In this document: positions 30,995 to 40,870 of the stretch, one piece after another
Layout: each line of letters begins with the position of its first letter
Position numbering within the stretch: position 1 is the stretch's first letter
Origin: an uncultured delta proteobacterium
GTDB lineage: Bacteria > Myxococcota_A > Polyangia > Polyangiales > Polyangiaceae
Assembly (NCBI GenBank): GCA_963806225.1
Contig: CAWDXG010000004.1
Span: 4,960,001 to 5,024,000, forward strand
Length of the DNA: 64,000 nucleotides
Reading direction: 5' to 3'
The notes under the pieces: model-generated
What the model was told of the DNA's origin: nothing
What the model saw: only the letters and a program-made list of their open reading frames with translations
Database searches by the model: none
Made by a program: the position numbers and the translations under genes

Positions 30995-32398
30995 TCAGCC
31001 CCGCGTCTGGCTGCCGCTCGAAAAGCGCAGGCCGCGGATGCGCACGGCGGGGGCTGCGACCGAGCCGGTGCTCGACCACCAGTTGGGCAACAGCTGGCGC
31101 AGGCGCGTCACGCCGTCGGCGCGTTCGAACGCTTCTAGCAGGCTGTCGGTAAAGCGCAGGTTGCCCACCGCGCGGGTCGGCTGGCCTTTTTCCACCAGAA
31201 ACGTGCCGTCGCGCGTCAGACCGGTCATCACGGCGCGGCGCGGCTCGAGCATGCCGTTGACGTAGTGCAGCCGGCGCACGTGAAGTCCGCGGTCGAGGTC
31301 CGTAATCAGCTCGTCCACGCTGGCCGCGTCGCCGCCGTCCATGACCAGCGCGCTCGGCGCAGGGCCGCCTTCGCCGAAGCTCGACGGGACCGAAGCGCTG
31401 CCGGTGGAGTGCGTGCCGAGGCGCGCCGCCCAGCTCCGGTCGTACAGCACGCCGCGGGCAACGCCGCGCTCCACCAGCGGCACGCGCCGCCGCGCCATGC
31501 CCTCGCGATCGAATGGGACCGCGAAGGACAGCTCCCCCAGTGGGTCCTCCGTGATGCTGAACGCAGTTCCGGAGATGTGCTCGCCGATTCGACCGGAGAG
31601 CGCGCTGGCGCCCTGGTCGTACTCGCGCGCGCCCAGCGCGATCATTCCGAACCACTCGATGAGCTCCGCCACGGCGGGCGGCTCCAGTACCACGTCGTAG
31701 CTGCCAGCGGGCAGGGCGATGGGGTTGCGCGAGCGCTCCGCGTCGCGGATCGCCCGCTCGGTCTCGGCAGCGAGGTCCAGCGCGCCGACATCGGCGTGTG
31801 CTGCGAGGCCGTGACCCGCCGCGCCGCCGCTGCCGGCGCTTTCCAGTGCCCAGATCTTGAACAACGCAGTGGTGCCGGCGTGCGCGCGCCGGAGCCCGCC
31901 GGTGGTGGCGACCGCGTGGACGCTCGACGTGGCGTCGAGCACACCGGTCGCGACGAGCCCAGCGGCGGCCACGCGATCGAGCACCGGGCGCAGCAACTCC
32001 ACCCGCTGTTCGGGCGTCGAAGCCGCCGTCGCCACTACGAAGCGCTGCACCGCGGGCGGAGCCGGCTCGGAGGCGTCGGCGAAACCGGGAAAGCTCTCGT
32101 CCTCGGGGACTTCAGGAGCGATGCGCGCAGCGTTCTGGATGGCCTCGACCAGCCCCCGCTCGTCGAGCCGCGTCGTGGACGCCTCGGCGACGCGCCTGCC
32201 GCGTGCAACGCGGACTACCGCGTGCGGCTCCTCGATCAGCATGTGCTGGCCCAGCTCGCCCAGCGCGAAGCGCGCGAACCCGCGGCGCGACCAGCTCGCG
32301 TAGGCTTCCGCTTCCGCCTCGCCCGCGCGGGCCAGCGCGCCTGAAAGCAGGGCCGAGAGCTCGCCGGGGGCGATCGCCGCACCGTCCGTTGCCGTCAC
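30995..32398 (-). CDS. tldE: TldE/PmbA-family protein
   Basis: GSYDVVLEPPAV, PFDREG and TGLTRDGTFLVE motifs; no HExxH; 4-nt overlap with tldD. Confidence 0.85.
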   Translation of the reverse strand: MTATDGAAIAPGELSALLSGALARAGEAEAEAYASWSRRGFARFALGELGQHMLIEEPHAVVRVARGRRVAEASTTRLDERGLVEAIQNAARIAPEVPEDESFPGFADASEPAPPAVQRFVVATAASTPEQRVELLRPVLDRVAAAGLVATGVLDATSSVHAVATTGGLRRAHAGTTALFKIWALESAGSGGAAGHGLAAHADVGALDLAAETERAIRDAERSRNPIALPAGSYDVVLEPPAVAELIEWFGMIALGAREYDQGASALSGRIGEHISGTAFSITEDPLGELSFAVPFDREGMARRRVPLVERGVARGVLYDRSWAARLGTHSTGSASVPSSFGEGGPAPSALVMDGGDAASVDELITDLDRGLHVRRLHYVNGMLEPRRAVMTGLTRDGTFLVEKGQPTRAVGNLRFTDSLLEAFERADGVTRLRQLLPNWWSSTGSVAAPAVRIRGLRFSSGSQTRG

Positions 32399-33861
32399 GA
32401 GTGCCCGACCTCCACGTTCGAGAAGCGCGCGGGCGGCGCGCCGTGCGCGACCTGCATGGCCTGGATCGGATCGCCCTTGCCGCACGTCGACAGCCCCCAG
32501 ATGCGTGCTTCTTCCGGCCCGGTGACCGCGTTGCAGCTACCCCAGAACTCCGGCGTCGCGCCGGTGTAGCGCGCGTCGCGCAGCATGCGGACGCGTTTGC
32601 CGTGCTTGATCTCCCAGGCGAGCTCGCAGGAAAATTGGAAGTTCAGTCTGAGGTCGTCGATGCTCCAGCTCTTGTTCGTATCGAACAGCACGCCTTCAGC
32701 GGTGTCGGCGACCAGATCCTCCAGCGAGCCCGCACGTGGCTCGAGCGAGACGTTGACCATGCGAATCATCGGTACGCGGTTGTAGCCGTCGGCGCGCACC
32801 GTCGCGGTGGACTCGCGCCCGAGCGCCGCGGCGGTCTCACGCGACGACAGGTAGTCGGTGAAGATGCCGTCCTCTATCAGTGCGACCTTGCGGGCGGGCG
32901 TGCCCTCGTCGTCCCAGCCGAAGGTGCCGAGCCCGCGCGGCGCGATCGAGTCGGCCGTCAAGGTGACGATGGGCGAGCCATAGCGCAGCGTGCCGAGTTG
33001 TTCTGGCTGCAGGAACGAACCCCCGGCGAGGGAGATCTCGTGGCCGAGTGCGCGGTCGAGCTCGGTGGGATGCCCGCACGACTCGTGGATCTGCAGGGCC
33101 AGCTGGCTGGACGCGAGGATCACGTCGCGGCGTCCCGGCGGACACGGCTCCGCCGACAGGAGGTCGATCGCTTCCTGACGGATGCGCGGCGCTTCTGCCA
33201 GCAGCCGGGCCTCCGCGATGACCTCGTAGCCGGCCTGGAGCTGCTCCGTACCAGGCGTGCCCGGATACGATCGTCGTTGCATCGATCCGTCGTCGCCGAC
33301 GGCTACGGCGAGCATGCCCGCGCCGCCGTAGACGAAGTGCTGCTCGAGATCGCTGCCTTCGCTGCTCATCAGGAGCTTGTCGATGCGAGTCCAGCTCATC
33401 CACGCTTCAGCGCTCTTGATGGGCGCGCCGCCCTGGCGCAGAGCCGCCTCGGGCCCGGCGAGAGCGCCGAGCTTCTGCTCCAGCGGAATGCCGAAGGGAT
33501 CGATCTCGAGCGGGGTCTCGTAGCGACCGACCTGGGCATCACGCGGCGGAAAGACGACGGGAGGGCGACCGAGCGCGGAGCTGGCCCGCGCGATCGCCAG
33601 GGCCTGGTCCACAGCAGCGACGACCGCCGCTTCGCTTTCGAGCGGCGTACACGAGAAGCCCCAGGTGCCGCGCGCAATCAGCCGCACGGCGAACCCGCTC
33701 TTATGGCTTCGACCCACGCCGTCGGGCACGCCGTCGCGCACACGCAACCGCTCGACCTCCTCGCCCGCGAAGCGCACCTCCGCGTAGTTCACATCCGCCT
33801 GGCGCGTGGCGTGCGCGAGCCCCGCCTGGCAGACCGTGCGGATTGTCGAAGGCAGCGGCAT
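32395..33861 (-). CDS. tldD: TldD metalloprotease
   Basis: IHESCGHPTELD, WDDEGTP and CGKGDP.Q motifs; start may be 33876. Confidence 0.92.
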   Translation of the reverse strand: MPLPSTIRTVCQAGLAHATRQADVNYAEVRFAGEEVERLRVRDGVPDGVGRSHKSGFAVRLIARGTWGFSCTPLESEAAVVAAVDQALAIARASSALGRPPVVFPPRDAQVGRYETPLEIDPFGIPLEQKLGALAGPEAALRQGGAPIKSAEAWMSWTRIDKLLMSSEGSDLEQHFVYGGAGMLAVAVGDDGSMQRRSYPGTPGTEQLQAGYEVIAEARLLAEAPRIRQEAIDLLSAEPCPPGRRDVILASSQLALQIHESCGHPTELDRALGHEISLAGGSFLQPEQLGTLRYGSPIVTLTADSIAPRGLGTFGWDDEGTPARKVALIEDGIFTDYLSSRETAAALGRESTATVRADGYNRVPMIRMVNVSLEPRAGSLEDLVADTAEGVLFDTNKSWSIDDLRLNFQFSCELAWEIKHGKRVRMLRDARYTGATPEFWGSCNAVTGPEEARIWGLSTCGKGDPIQAMQVAHGAPPARFSNVEVGHS

Positions 33862-33958
33862 GGCCCGCGGGAGCATAGACGAGCCAAGGGCGCGTGTGTC
33901 GGGATCGGGACGATTTCCGCCGCCGCAGCGCGTCACGACGGCACTGGACCAGGGCCAT

Positions 33959-34960
33959 TCACGGATTGCAGACGGGCTCCGTGACGCCGAAGTACGGTTC
34001 CTTGTCGAAGTCCGTCCACTTCTCGTCGAGCTTCCAGATGCTGTTGTCGTCCTCGTACAGGACGACGTTGTCGTTGTCCTTGCTGGCGTAGGCGCCCCAG
34101 TGCCACTGGCAGATGTCGTTGTCCGACCGCGTGAACGTCGACTCGTTCACCTTCTTCCCGTCCTGCCACACCACCATCACGCCGTCGTAGTAGTTGATGT
34201 AGATGGTCGTGCGGACCCACTTCCCCATGGGGAAGGCCGGCGCGTTCGGCGCCCAGGTCACCGTCCCGCCGGTGTTCTCGATGTGTGCCGGGGTGAGGCG
34301 ATTGGTCGTATCCTCCAGCCCGAGCGTGATCACGGTGTCGTTCCAGCCGCAGTCGTTGTTCACGGTCCAGAAGCTGAACCATTTGCCGTTCTGGAAGGCA
34401 TAGGGCGCCTCCAGCCAGCTCCAGTAGGTGTTGACCACTCCGTCCGGCGCCTGGATCCCGATGCCCTTGTTGGTGTAGGCCTGCACCACGCTGTCGTGGT
34501 CGAACTGCAGGCCGCCGTAGCCGCGGTGCGACTGGGTGTCGACGCAGGTGATCACGCTCTTGTGCGAGTGCGAGGGGCTCTTTGCGTGATCGGTGGAGAA
34601 GCCATTGTCGTGGCAGAAGCCGTTGTTCCAGTCCTTGCCGTAGGTCTGGCTGGTCCAGCGCTGGTAGTCGCCCGTCTCGAAATCCTCGAACCAGAGCCGC
34701 GTGGCGTGGAAGCACGCACCACCGCCTGCCGTGCCGCCCGCTCCTGCCAGAGCGCCCGCGCCTGCCGTGCCTGCGGCGCCGCCTGTTGTGCTGCCCGCCG
34801 TGCCCCCAGCGCCGCTGCCCGCCGTGCCGCCCGCGCCGCCGCTGTTCGACCCCGCCGAACCGGCACTACCTCCCGTGCCCGACGGACCCGAACCGCTGTC
34901 TCCACACGAGAGGAGGAAGAATGCCGCCACGATCGTCGTCCACGTCTTCCACCCGCCCAT
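33959..34960 (-). CDS. Lipoprotein with Gly linker and putative jelly-roll (polysaccharide-lyase-like) domain
   Basis: FLLSC lipobox; WFEDFETGD, FPMGKWV and VWQDG..YEDD motifs. Confidence 0.7.
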   Translation of the reverse strand: MGGWKTWTTIVAAFFLLSCGDSGSGPSGTGGSAGSAGSNSGGAGGTAGSGAGGTAGSTTGGAAGTAGAGALAGAGGTAGGGACFHATRLWFEDFETGDYQRWTSQTYGKDWNNGFCHDNGFSTDHAKSPSHSHKSVITCVDTQSHRGYGGLQFDHDSVVQAYTNKGIGIQAPDGVVNTYWSWLEAPYAFQNGKWFSFWTVNNDCGWNDTVITLGLEDTTNRLTPAHIENTGGTVTWAPNAPAFPMGKWVRTTIYINYYDGVMVVWQDGKKVNESTFTRSDNDICQWHWGAYASKDNDNVVLYEDDNSIWKLDEKWTDFDKEPYFGVTEPVCNP

Positions 34961-35099
34961 AGCTCACCTCGCCGCGAACAGCGTATCACGCGTCATCGGA
35001 CAGAGGACGCGCGAGCAGGCGCCACGGGCAGGCGCGTCGCCATTTTCCGTCACGCTTGTCTGGCAACCAGCGCCGGCGGGCGGCATCATCGCGGGCGCG

Positions 35100-35709
35100 A
35101 TGGAGCAGCCTGCCCAGGTGAGACTCGAGACGCCGCGTCTGGTGGTCGTCATGCCTCGTCCCGACGACGCGGAGCTCATGCGCCGCTACCACTACGAAAA
35201 CCGCGAGCATCTTCGCCCCTGGGAGCCGTCGCGCCCGCCGGGGTTCTTCACGCCGGAGTTCTGGCAGTGGAGGCTGGAGCAGAACCTCGACGAGTTCTCG
35301 CGGGACCAATCGCTCCGGCTGGTGCTCCTGCCGCGCGAGGGAGAGCCGACGAGCATCTTCGGGCAGATCGAACTTCAGCCGCTTCAACCGCGGTCCGTCG
35401 CAGTCGTGCCTGCTCGGTTACAGTCTCGATCAGGGCTGCCAGGGCAAGGGCTACATGACCGAGGCGCTCGGCGCGGCGATCGACTTCGTGTTCGACCGGC
35501 TCGGCTTCCACCGGGTGGAGGCCAACTACATGCCGACCAACGAACGTTCGGGACGGTTGCTCCGACGACTCGGTTTCGTGGTCGAGGGCTACGCGCGCGA
35601 CTACCTGTTCATCAACGGGGCCTGGCGCGATCATGTGCTGACCGCGCGCACGAACCCCGATGCACCCCGCCCGGGGGTACTCGCCAACCAGGCTCCGCCG
35701 CCCGGCTAG
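35100..35709 (+). CDS. rimJ: RimJ-like GNAT N-acetyltransferase; frameshifted near 35370
   Basis: [16 protein letters not shown]; after removing one [46 protein letters not shown]. Confidence 0.85.
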
Positions 35710-35719
35710 CTTCCCGGGC

Positions 35720-38038
35720 CTAGTGACGGCGCCGGCGCACCCATGCGAGGCCGAGCCCGGCCAGTGCCAGCAGGCCGAAGGGTGCGCCCGGATTGCGCGA
35801 GCCGGCCGTGCGGCAGCCGCAGCCGCCCGAATCGTTCGCGGGTGCGGCGCCCTGCTTCGCGCCACCCGCGCCCGCGGCTCCGCCGGCGCCGCCCGTGCCG
35901 GCTCCGCCCGCGCCGCCGGCTCCGCCCGCGCCGCCCGCCGCCTGCACCGAGACCGTGAGCTGCTTGTAGCGCCCGTCCTGGTCTCCCTTGTTGACGAGCA
36001 TGACGTAGGCGTCGGTGGCGTTCGCGGGCACGCTGAAGTCCACGCTCGCTGCCCCGCTCTTCGGCGCCACGGGGGCGCCGGTGGCGTTCTTGGCCTGGCC
36101 GGTACTCGAGTTGAAATCGAGCGGCGTTGCATCCCCGAAGCGCGCGAGCACAGCCGGCGTGTAGGGCGTGCCCTGCGCTCCGAAGGGGCTGCCCGATCCA
36201 CCGCCGGCGTTCACGTCGGCCCAGCCCACGGTGAGCTTGGTTGCGCCGGCGGGCAGCGCCACGTGCACCTGGAACAGCCCCGGCGCGTATGCCGCGCTCT
36301 GCATCAGGCCGACCGTGGTCCTGCCGGGCGCACTGAACGAGTTCAAGAGCTGGGGGTCCGGTCCATTGATGGGCTTGTCCGCCCATTCGAAGACGCGGTT
36401 GCACATCGGCGTCACGCCGCGCGAGCTCATTTCCTTGTCGAACGCGGTCGCCACGGTCTGGCCCAGCGGCGACGCCTTGATCGAATCGCTGAACAGCTTG
36501 GCCAGGTCGCCGTAGCCCAGATCGCCCGACGGCGCGCTCATCAGCGCAGCCAGGATGGCCTTGTCGTACTCGGTCTGATCGGAGGTCGAAAGCGTCTTGC
36601 GCACCGCCCACAGGCCGCCCGAGAAGAACGTGGAATCCGCATGCACCTCGCCCGACAGACCGTCGGGGCACACGTCCTGGTTGTCCAGGTTGCGGATCGC
36701 TCCGCTCGCGGTGAGGCCCTTGCTCGCGTACTCGCCGACCTGGCCGTCGCCCGTGATGGCGCTCGAGAAGTAGTCGGCCAGCCCCTCGTTCATCGCGCCG
36801 GGCGAATCCACCGCGCCCTGCTTGTCGAGGTGCCAGGTGCCGACCAGCTTGATGGTGCGGTCGATCATCGCGTGGGAAAACTCGTGGTAGACGACGTCGC
36901 CGTCGTACGAGAAATCGACGAGGGTTCCCTGCCCGAACCACATCGCACCGCTCTGGATGTTGAACACCGCGGAAAACAGCGGGTCCTGCGGCGAGAAGAA
37001 TGCGTTGTCGAACGGCACCAGCGGCAGGCTCGTGTCGGCCGCCTTGGTCAGGTCGCCCTGCTGGATCCCGTCCGGCAGCCGCAGGTTCACGATCGCGGGG
37101 AGCTCTGCCGGCTGGAGCTCGGGCATGCCGAGTGCCTGCAGGAAGTCGTACGCCTTGCTCACATGGTAGAACATGCTCACCTCGGCGTAGCTGTCTTCCG
37201 GAGCGGTGTCGCTGCCCTTGGTGTACGAGGTGAAGTCGCCGTTCGAGTCCGCCTGGGCGTGCTGCTCGAGCTCGCAGCTGTGGACGGTGATGCCGTAGAA
37301 CGTCTTGGTCGTCTGCTTGTCGATGCAGTTCATCACGTTGACGTGCCCGTCCGTCAGGTTGGTCGAGTTCTGCGCGAGGTCGGACAGCTGCACCGTGACC
37401 GGCGTCGGCGTCTTGACCGGATTGAACTCGTTCACGGTCGCCTGCCGGTCGAACTGCACGGCGTTGTAGCGCTCGATGAGCTCGCCCGTGTTGGCGTCGA
37501 GCACGATCACGGGCGCGTACGGGATGCCGTCCTCCACCGGCGCGAAGAACGTCCACACCAGTCGCGCCGAGTCAGCGTACGGCAGCCATGCCAGCCGCGC
37601 GTGCTTCTGCGGCATCGCGATGCCGGCCAGCTTCGACGCCTTGGCGAGCGCCAGGTCCACCACGAGCCCGGGGGTCGCGCTCGCCGGCAGATTGGACTCG
37701 ACCCGCGCCGTAGCCAGGCTGGTGGGCTGCCCTTGCGCGTCGAACAGCACGGCCGCGCCGCGATCCAGCACTGGCAGACCCAGGTGCTGCTGCGCGAACC
37801 TGACGACCTTGCGTCCACCGCCCGCGTCGAACGTACCCGCCGGCAGCAGATCCGCATTGGCCAGCACCGGAGCGCGCGCAATCAGTGTGGCGCGGGCGCG
37901 CGCTTCCATGCTGCCCGTCGCGAGCGGCGCGTTCACGGACGGCAGCACGAGCGGGGTCGACGGCGCGGCCATGGCGCCGGCGGAGGCGGTCATGACAAGG
38001 AGAGCCGAAAGCGGAGCTGACAGGATGGATTTGCGCAC
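35720..38038 (-). CDS. Secreted M4/M36-like zinc metalloprotease with propeptide and MYXO-CTERM
   Basis: Signal peptide; FTP-like VRFAQQHLGLPV; DNAFF, DVVYHEFSH, MNEGLADYF and GEVH motifs; GGCGCRT..WVRRRRH. Confidence 0.88.
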   Translation of the reverse strand: MRKSILSAPLSALLVMTASAGAMAAPSTPLVLPSVNAPLATGSMEARARATLIARAPVLANADLLPAGTFDAGGGRKVVRFAQQHLGLPVLDRGAAVLFDAQGQPTSLATARVESNLPASATPGLVVDLALAKASKLAGIAMPQKHARLAWLPYADSARLVWTFFAPVEDGIPYAPVIVLDANTGELIERYNAVQFDRQATVNEFNPVKTPTPVTVQLSDLAQNSTNLTDGHVNVMNCIDKQTTKTFYGITVHSCELEQHAQADSNGDFTSYTKGSDTAPEDSYAEVSMFYHVSKAYDFLQALGMPELQPAELPAIVNLRLPDGIQQGDLTKAADTSLPLVPFDNAFFSPQDPLFSAVFNIQSGAMWFGQGTLVDFSYDGDVVYHEFSHAMIDRTIKLVGTWHLDKQGAVDSPGAMNEGLADYFSSAITGDGQVGEYASKGLTASGAIRNLDNQDVCPDGLSGEVHADSTFFSGGLWAVRKTLSTSDQTEYDKAILAALMSAPSGDLGYGDLAKLFSDSIKASPLGQTVATAFDKEMSSRGVTPMCNRVFEWADKPINGPDPQLLNSFSAPGRTTVGLMQSAAYAPGLFQVHVALPAGATKLTVGWADVNAGGGSGSPFGAQGTPYTPAVLARFGDATPLDFNSSTGQAKNATGAPVAPKSGAASVDFSVPANATDAYVMLVNKGDQDGRYKQLTVSVQAAGGAGGAGGAGGAGTGGAGGAAGAGGAKQGAAPANDSGGCGCRTAGSRNPGAPFGLLALAGLGLAWVRRRRH

Positions 38039-38149
38039 GATGCCTCCAGGAAGCGGGGGCTGGCATCGTGCCTGCTGGGCGTGAGAGCAGCAAGCGCTGG
38101 AAAATTGCGCTCTCGGCGATCTCCGGCTTCTGGGCTAGCCCGCCCAGCG

Positions 38150-38396
38150 TTCGAGGTGACGAGCTGTTCGAGGAACGCCTCGGTTCCCTGGTGCATGCCC
38201 CGCCAGTCACGCTGCCCGCGACTCTGCTCGGCGAGCATCGACGCATCCCATCCGTCGTGGCAAGCGAGCTCGGCGAACGCGCGATGCGCCGCGCGGTCAT
38301 CCAGTACAGGACGAAGGCGCCGTCCGGGCGGAGCGGCGCGCGGTTTCCGGCCGTCCGGCGCAGCTCCGGTACCGAGCTCGATCGCGCATCGTCCAT
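38150..38396 (-). pseudogene. Internally deleted relic of a class II-like DNA photolyase gene
   Basis: VPELRRTAGNRAPLRPDGAFVLYWMTARR joined, in another frame, to FAELACHDGW..DWRGMHQGTEAFLEQLVT; recognised from memory of the family. Confidence 0.6.
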
Positions 38397-38497
38397 CTGC
38401 CCGATACCTGGGGACCGCTCCCGGCCGTGGCAACGCCCCCCGGCATGCGCTGACGACCATCCGCGCGCGCCAGGCCGGTTTGTCCTAGGCTTCGCGC

Positions 38498-40781
38498 GTG
38501 CGACAAGCGTCCAGCTGGTGTGCCCCGATGGTGTTGTCCCTGCTCGCGCTTGGCGCGTGCGGCGGCGCGCCTCCCCGCGCGCACGCGCCCGTCGCTGCGA
38601 AGAAGCCCGCCCCGACCGCGCCGAAGCCGGCCACGCAGCGTGATCGTCTGCTCGCGGTCCTGCACACGGTCAAGCCCGCGGGGCCGGTGCTCGGCGCGCT
38701 CGATGCCCAGGCGCGCGCCGATCTGGACGCGCTGGTGAAGCAGGTGACTCCCGCACAGCGGAGCCAGATCGCCCAGAGCGGCAGTCCGTTCGCCGCCGAG
38801 CGACCGCTCCTGTTCCTGGCGCTGGGCGGCGACTCGCCCGACGCCTACTTCGCCCTGGCGACGCGGGGGCGAGGGGCGGACGAGCTGGTCGGCATGCGCC
38901 GCCGCAACGGCAAGAGCAACGTGGACGATCTCGTGCACGTCGCGGCCGAGGTCAGCCGGCGGGCGGCGGCAGAGTGGCTGCGCGCCCGCAGCGTGGAGGT
39001 CGGGAGCCGCCACGGGCTGACGCCCGCGCTGTGCGACCAGATCGATGCGGTCGCGGTCACGCTGGATCGCCTGGACGTGCGACGCCGCGCACGCGAGATG
39101 GCCGCAGCGCTCGACCCGGGCGCGGCGCGCGCGCTGCGTGTGGCGCGCGCAGCGGCGTGGCAGCTGGATGTTCCCGCGGCCCGCGCGGCTCTCGACAGAG
39201 CACGTTTACACGGCGCGGGCGGCGATGCCGCCAAGCCCGTCCAGAAGCTCGTCGACGAAGCCGCGCTGGCGGTGAAGACCAAGCACGAAAAGCTCGACGT
39301 CGACACCAGCGTAAAGGCAGCACGCGCGCTGCTCGATCTGCACCACGCCGAACAGGTCGACGCGCTCCTTGCCCCGCATCGCGCCCAGGCTGGCTCGCAC
39401 CTGGCGCTGGCATCGGTGCTGGCGCTTGCGGCGACCGGCAACGGCATGTGCCAGGGCGTTCCGGACGGGGCCGGCAATGCCCTCATCTGCGCGACCGCGT
39501 GGCACCAGAGCAAGGACATCGCGAAGGTCATCGGGCTGCTGGAAAGCGCGTGGAAGTCGGGTAACGGGCGTGACGACGCTGCGATCCAGACCTGGCTCGG
39601 CATGGGGTACGTGCTGCCCTGGGTCTACCAGACCATCCGCGACTCGACGTCCGGTGCGGCCGACGCAAAGCAACACTTCCAGAGCCGCCTCTCGGCGACC
39701 GAACGCGCGGTGAAGGAGGCGGCCGCCGCGTCGCACACCTTCGACGGTCTGGTCCTGTTCGTCGACGCGAGCGCGGCGGGGCTCACGGCATCCCAGCGGC
39801 ACAAGGCTGGCGAGCGGGTGCACCTCCAGCCAGCCGTGCAGAAGGACCTCGCAGAGCACGCGCTCGCGCTGGGCAAGCGTTCGCCCAAGGAGCTCTTCAC
39901 GCAGGCGGCCGTGCTGGCGGTGGCGGGCATGTTGAGCCAGGAGCAGGACATCGGTCCGCTGCTCGGCGCTTCTGCCCGATCCGGTGGCGCCCCGGTACCG
40001 TCACGTGCGGGCCGTGCTCGAGGCCTGGAACGCCGCAGTCCACGGGTCCGCCGCGGCGGACAAGGGCCGGAGCCTACTGGCCGGCTTGATTCCCGGCACC
40101 GAGCCGCACTCGCTGGATCGTGCGAAGACGGTGCTGCTGATGGCGGAGCTCGACGTGGAGCTGACCCACGCGCCGCGCGCGTACAACGTGCTAGCGCAGG
40201 TCGCCGGGCAGCTCACCTCCGACCAGGTCCCGCCAGCGCTCAGGCTGCAGGCCGGGATCGATCGGGCCGGTGCGCTGTCACGGGTGAGCAGGACCGCGGA
40301 CGCGGAGAAGCTGCTCGAGAAACTGATCGCGTCCGGCGTCCCGAAGGGCTCCGGGGACGACCACTCCCTCGGGCTCCTGGCCAAGGCGTATCTGCTGGTG
40401 CTGCGCGCCCGCAACACGAAGGGAGACGAGCGCCGTCAGTACGTCGACAAGCTGTCGCACGTTCTCGACGGCTCGGCCGACAGCTCGTCGCGCATCGGGC
40501 TCTGGTGCGACATGTGGCAGCACGAGCTCGCCTACCAGATGAAGAAGGATCAGTGCGGTGGACTGAAGGTCTGTCTGGCCAGAGCGGCCAAGCAGCGCCG
40601 CGTCCCGCCGACGGCGATCGAAGCCAGGATCGGTCCCCAGGCGGCCGCCATCCTGCGCTCGGGGACGCTCTCCATGGGGACGCTCAACATCCAGTTCAAC
40701 TTCAGCCGCGAGGCGGGGCTCGCTCCGCAGGTGCAGTTCGAGCCGCGGCTTCTCGCTGCGGAGCTGCCGCCGGCGCCCTGA
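38498..40781 (+). CDS. Large alpha-helical hypothetical lipoprotein; frameshifted near 39966
   Basis: LLALGAC lipobox; coding signal moves from the 38498 frame to the 39984 frame (one extra base). Confidence 0.7.
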
Positions 40782-40870
40782 GACATCCTGACATACTCCT
40801 GACATTCCGGGCTCGAGGGGGCCGGCGCCGTGTGCTGACGGGGCTTGGACAAGCCTGCTATGAACGATCC

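Noticed and set aside
30995..33861. tldD/tldE as the maturation protease of the candidate RiPP
   Set aside because: More than 26 kb away and a widespread gene pair; no evidence of linkage.
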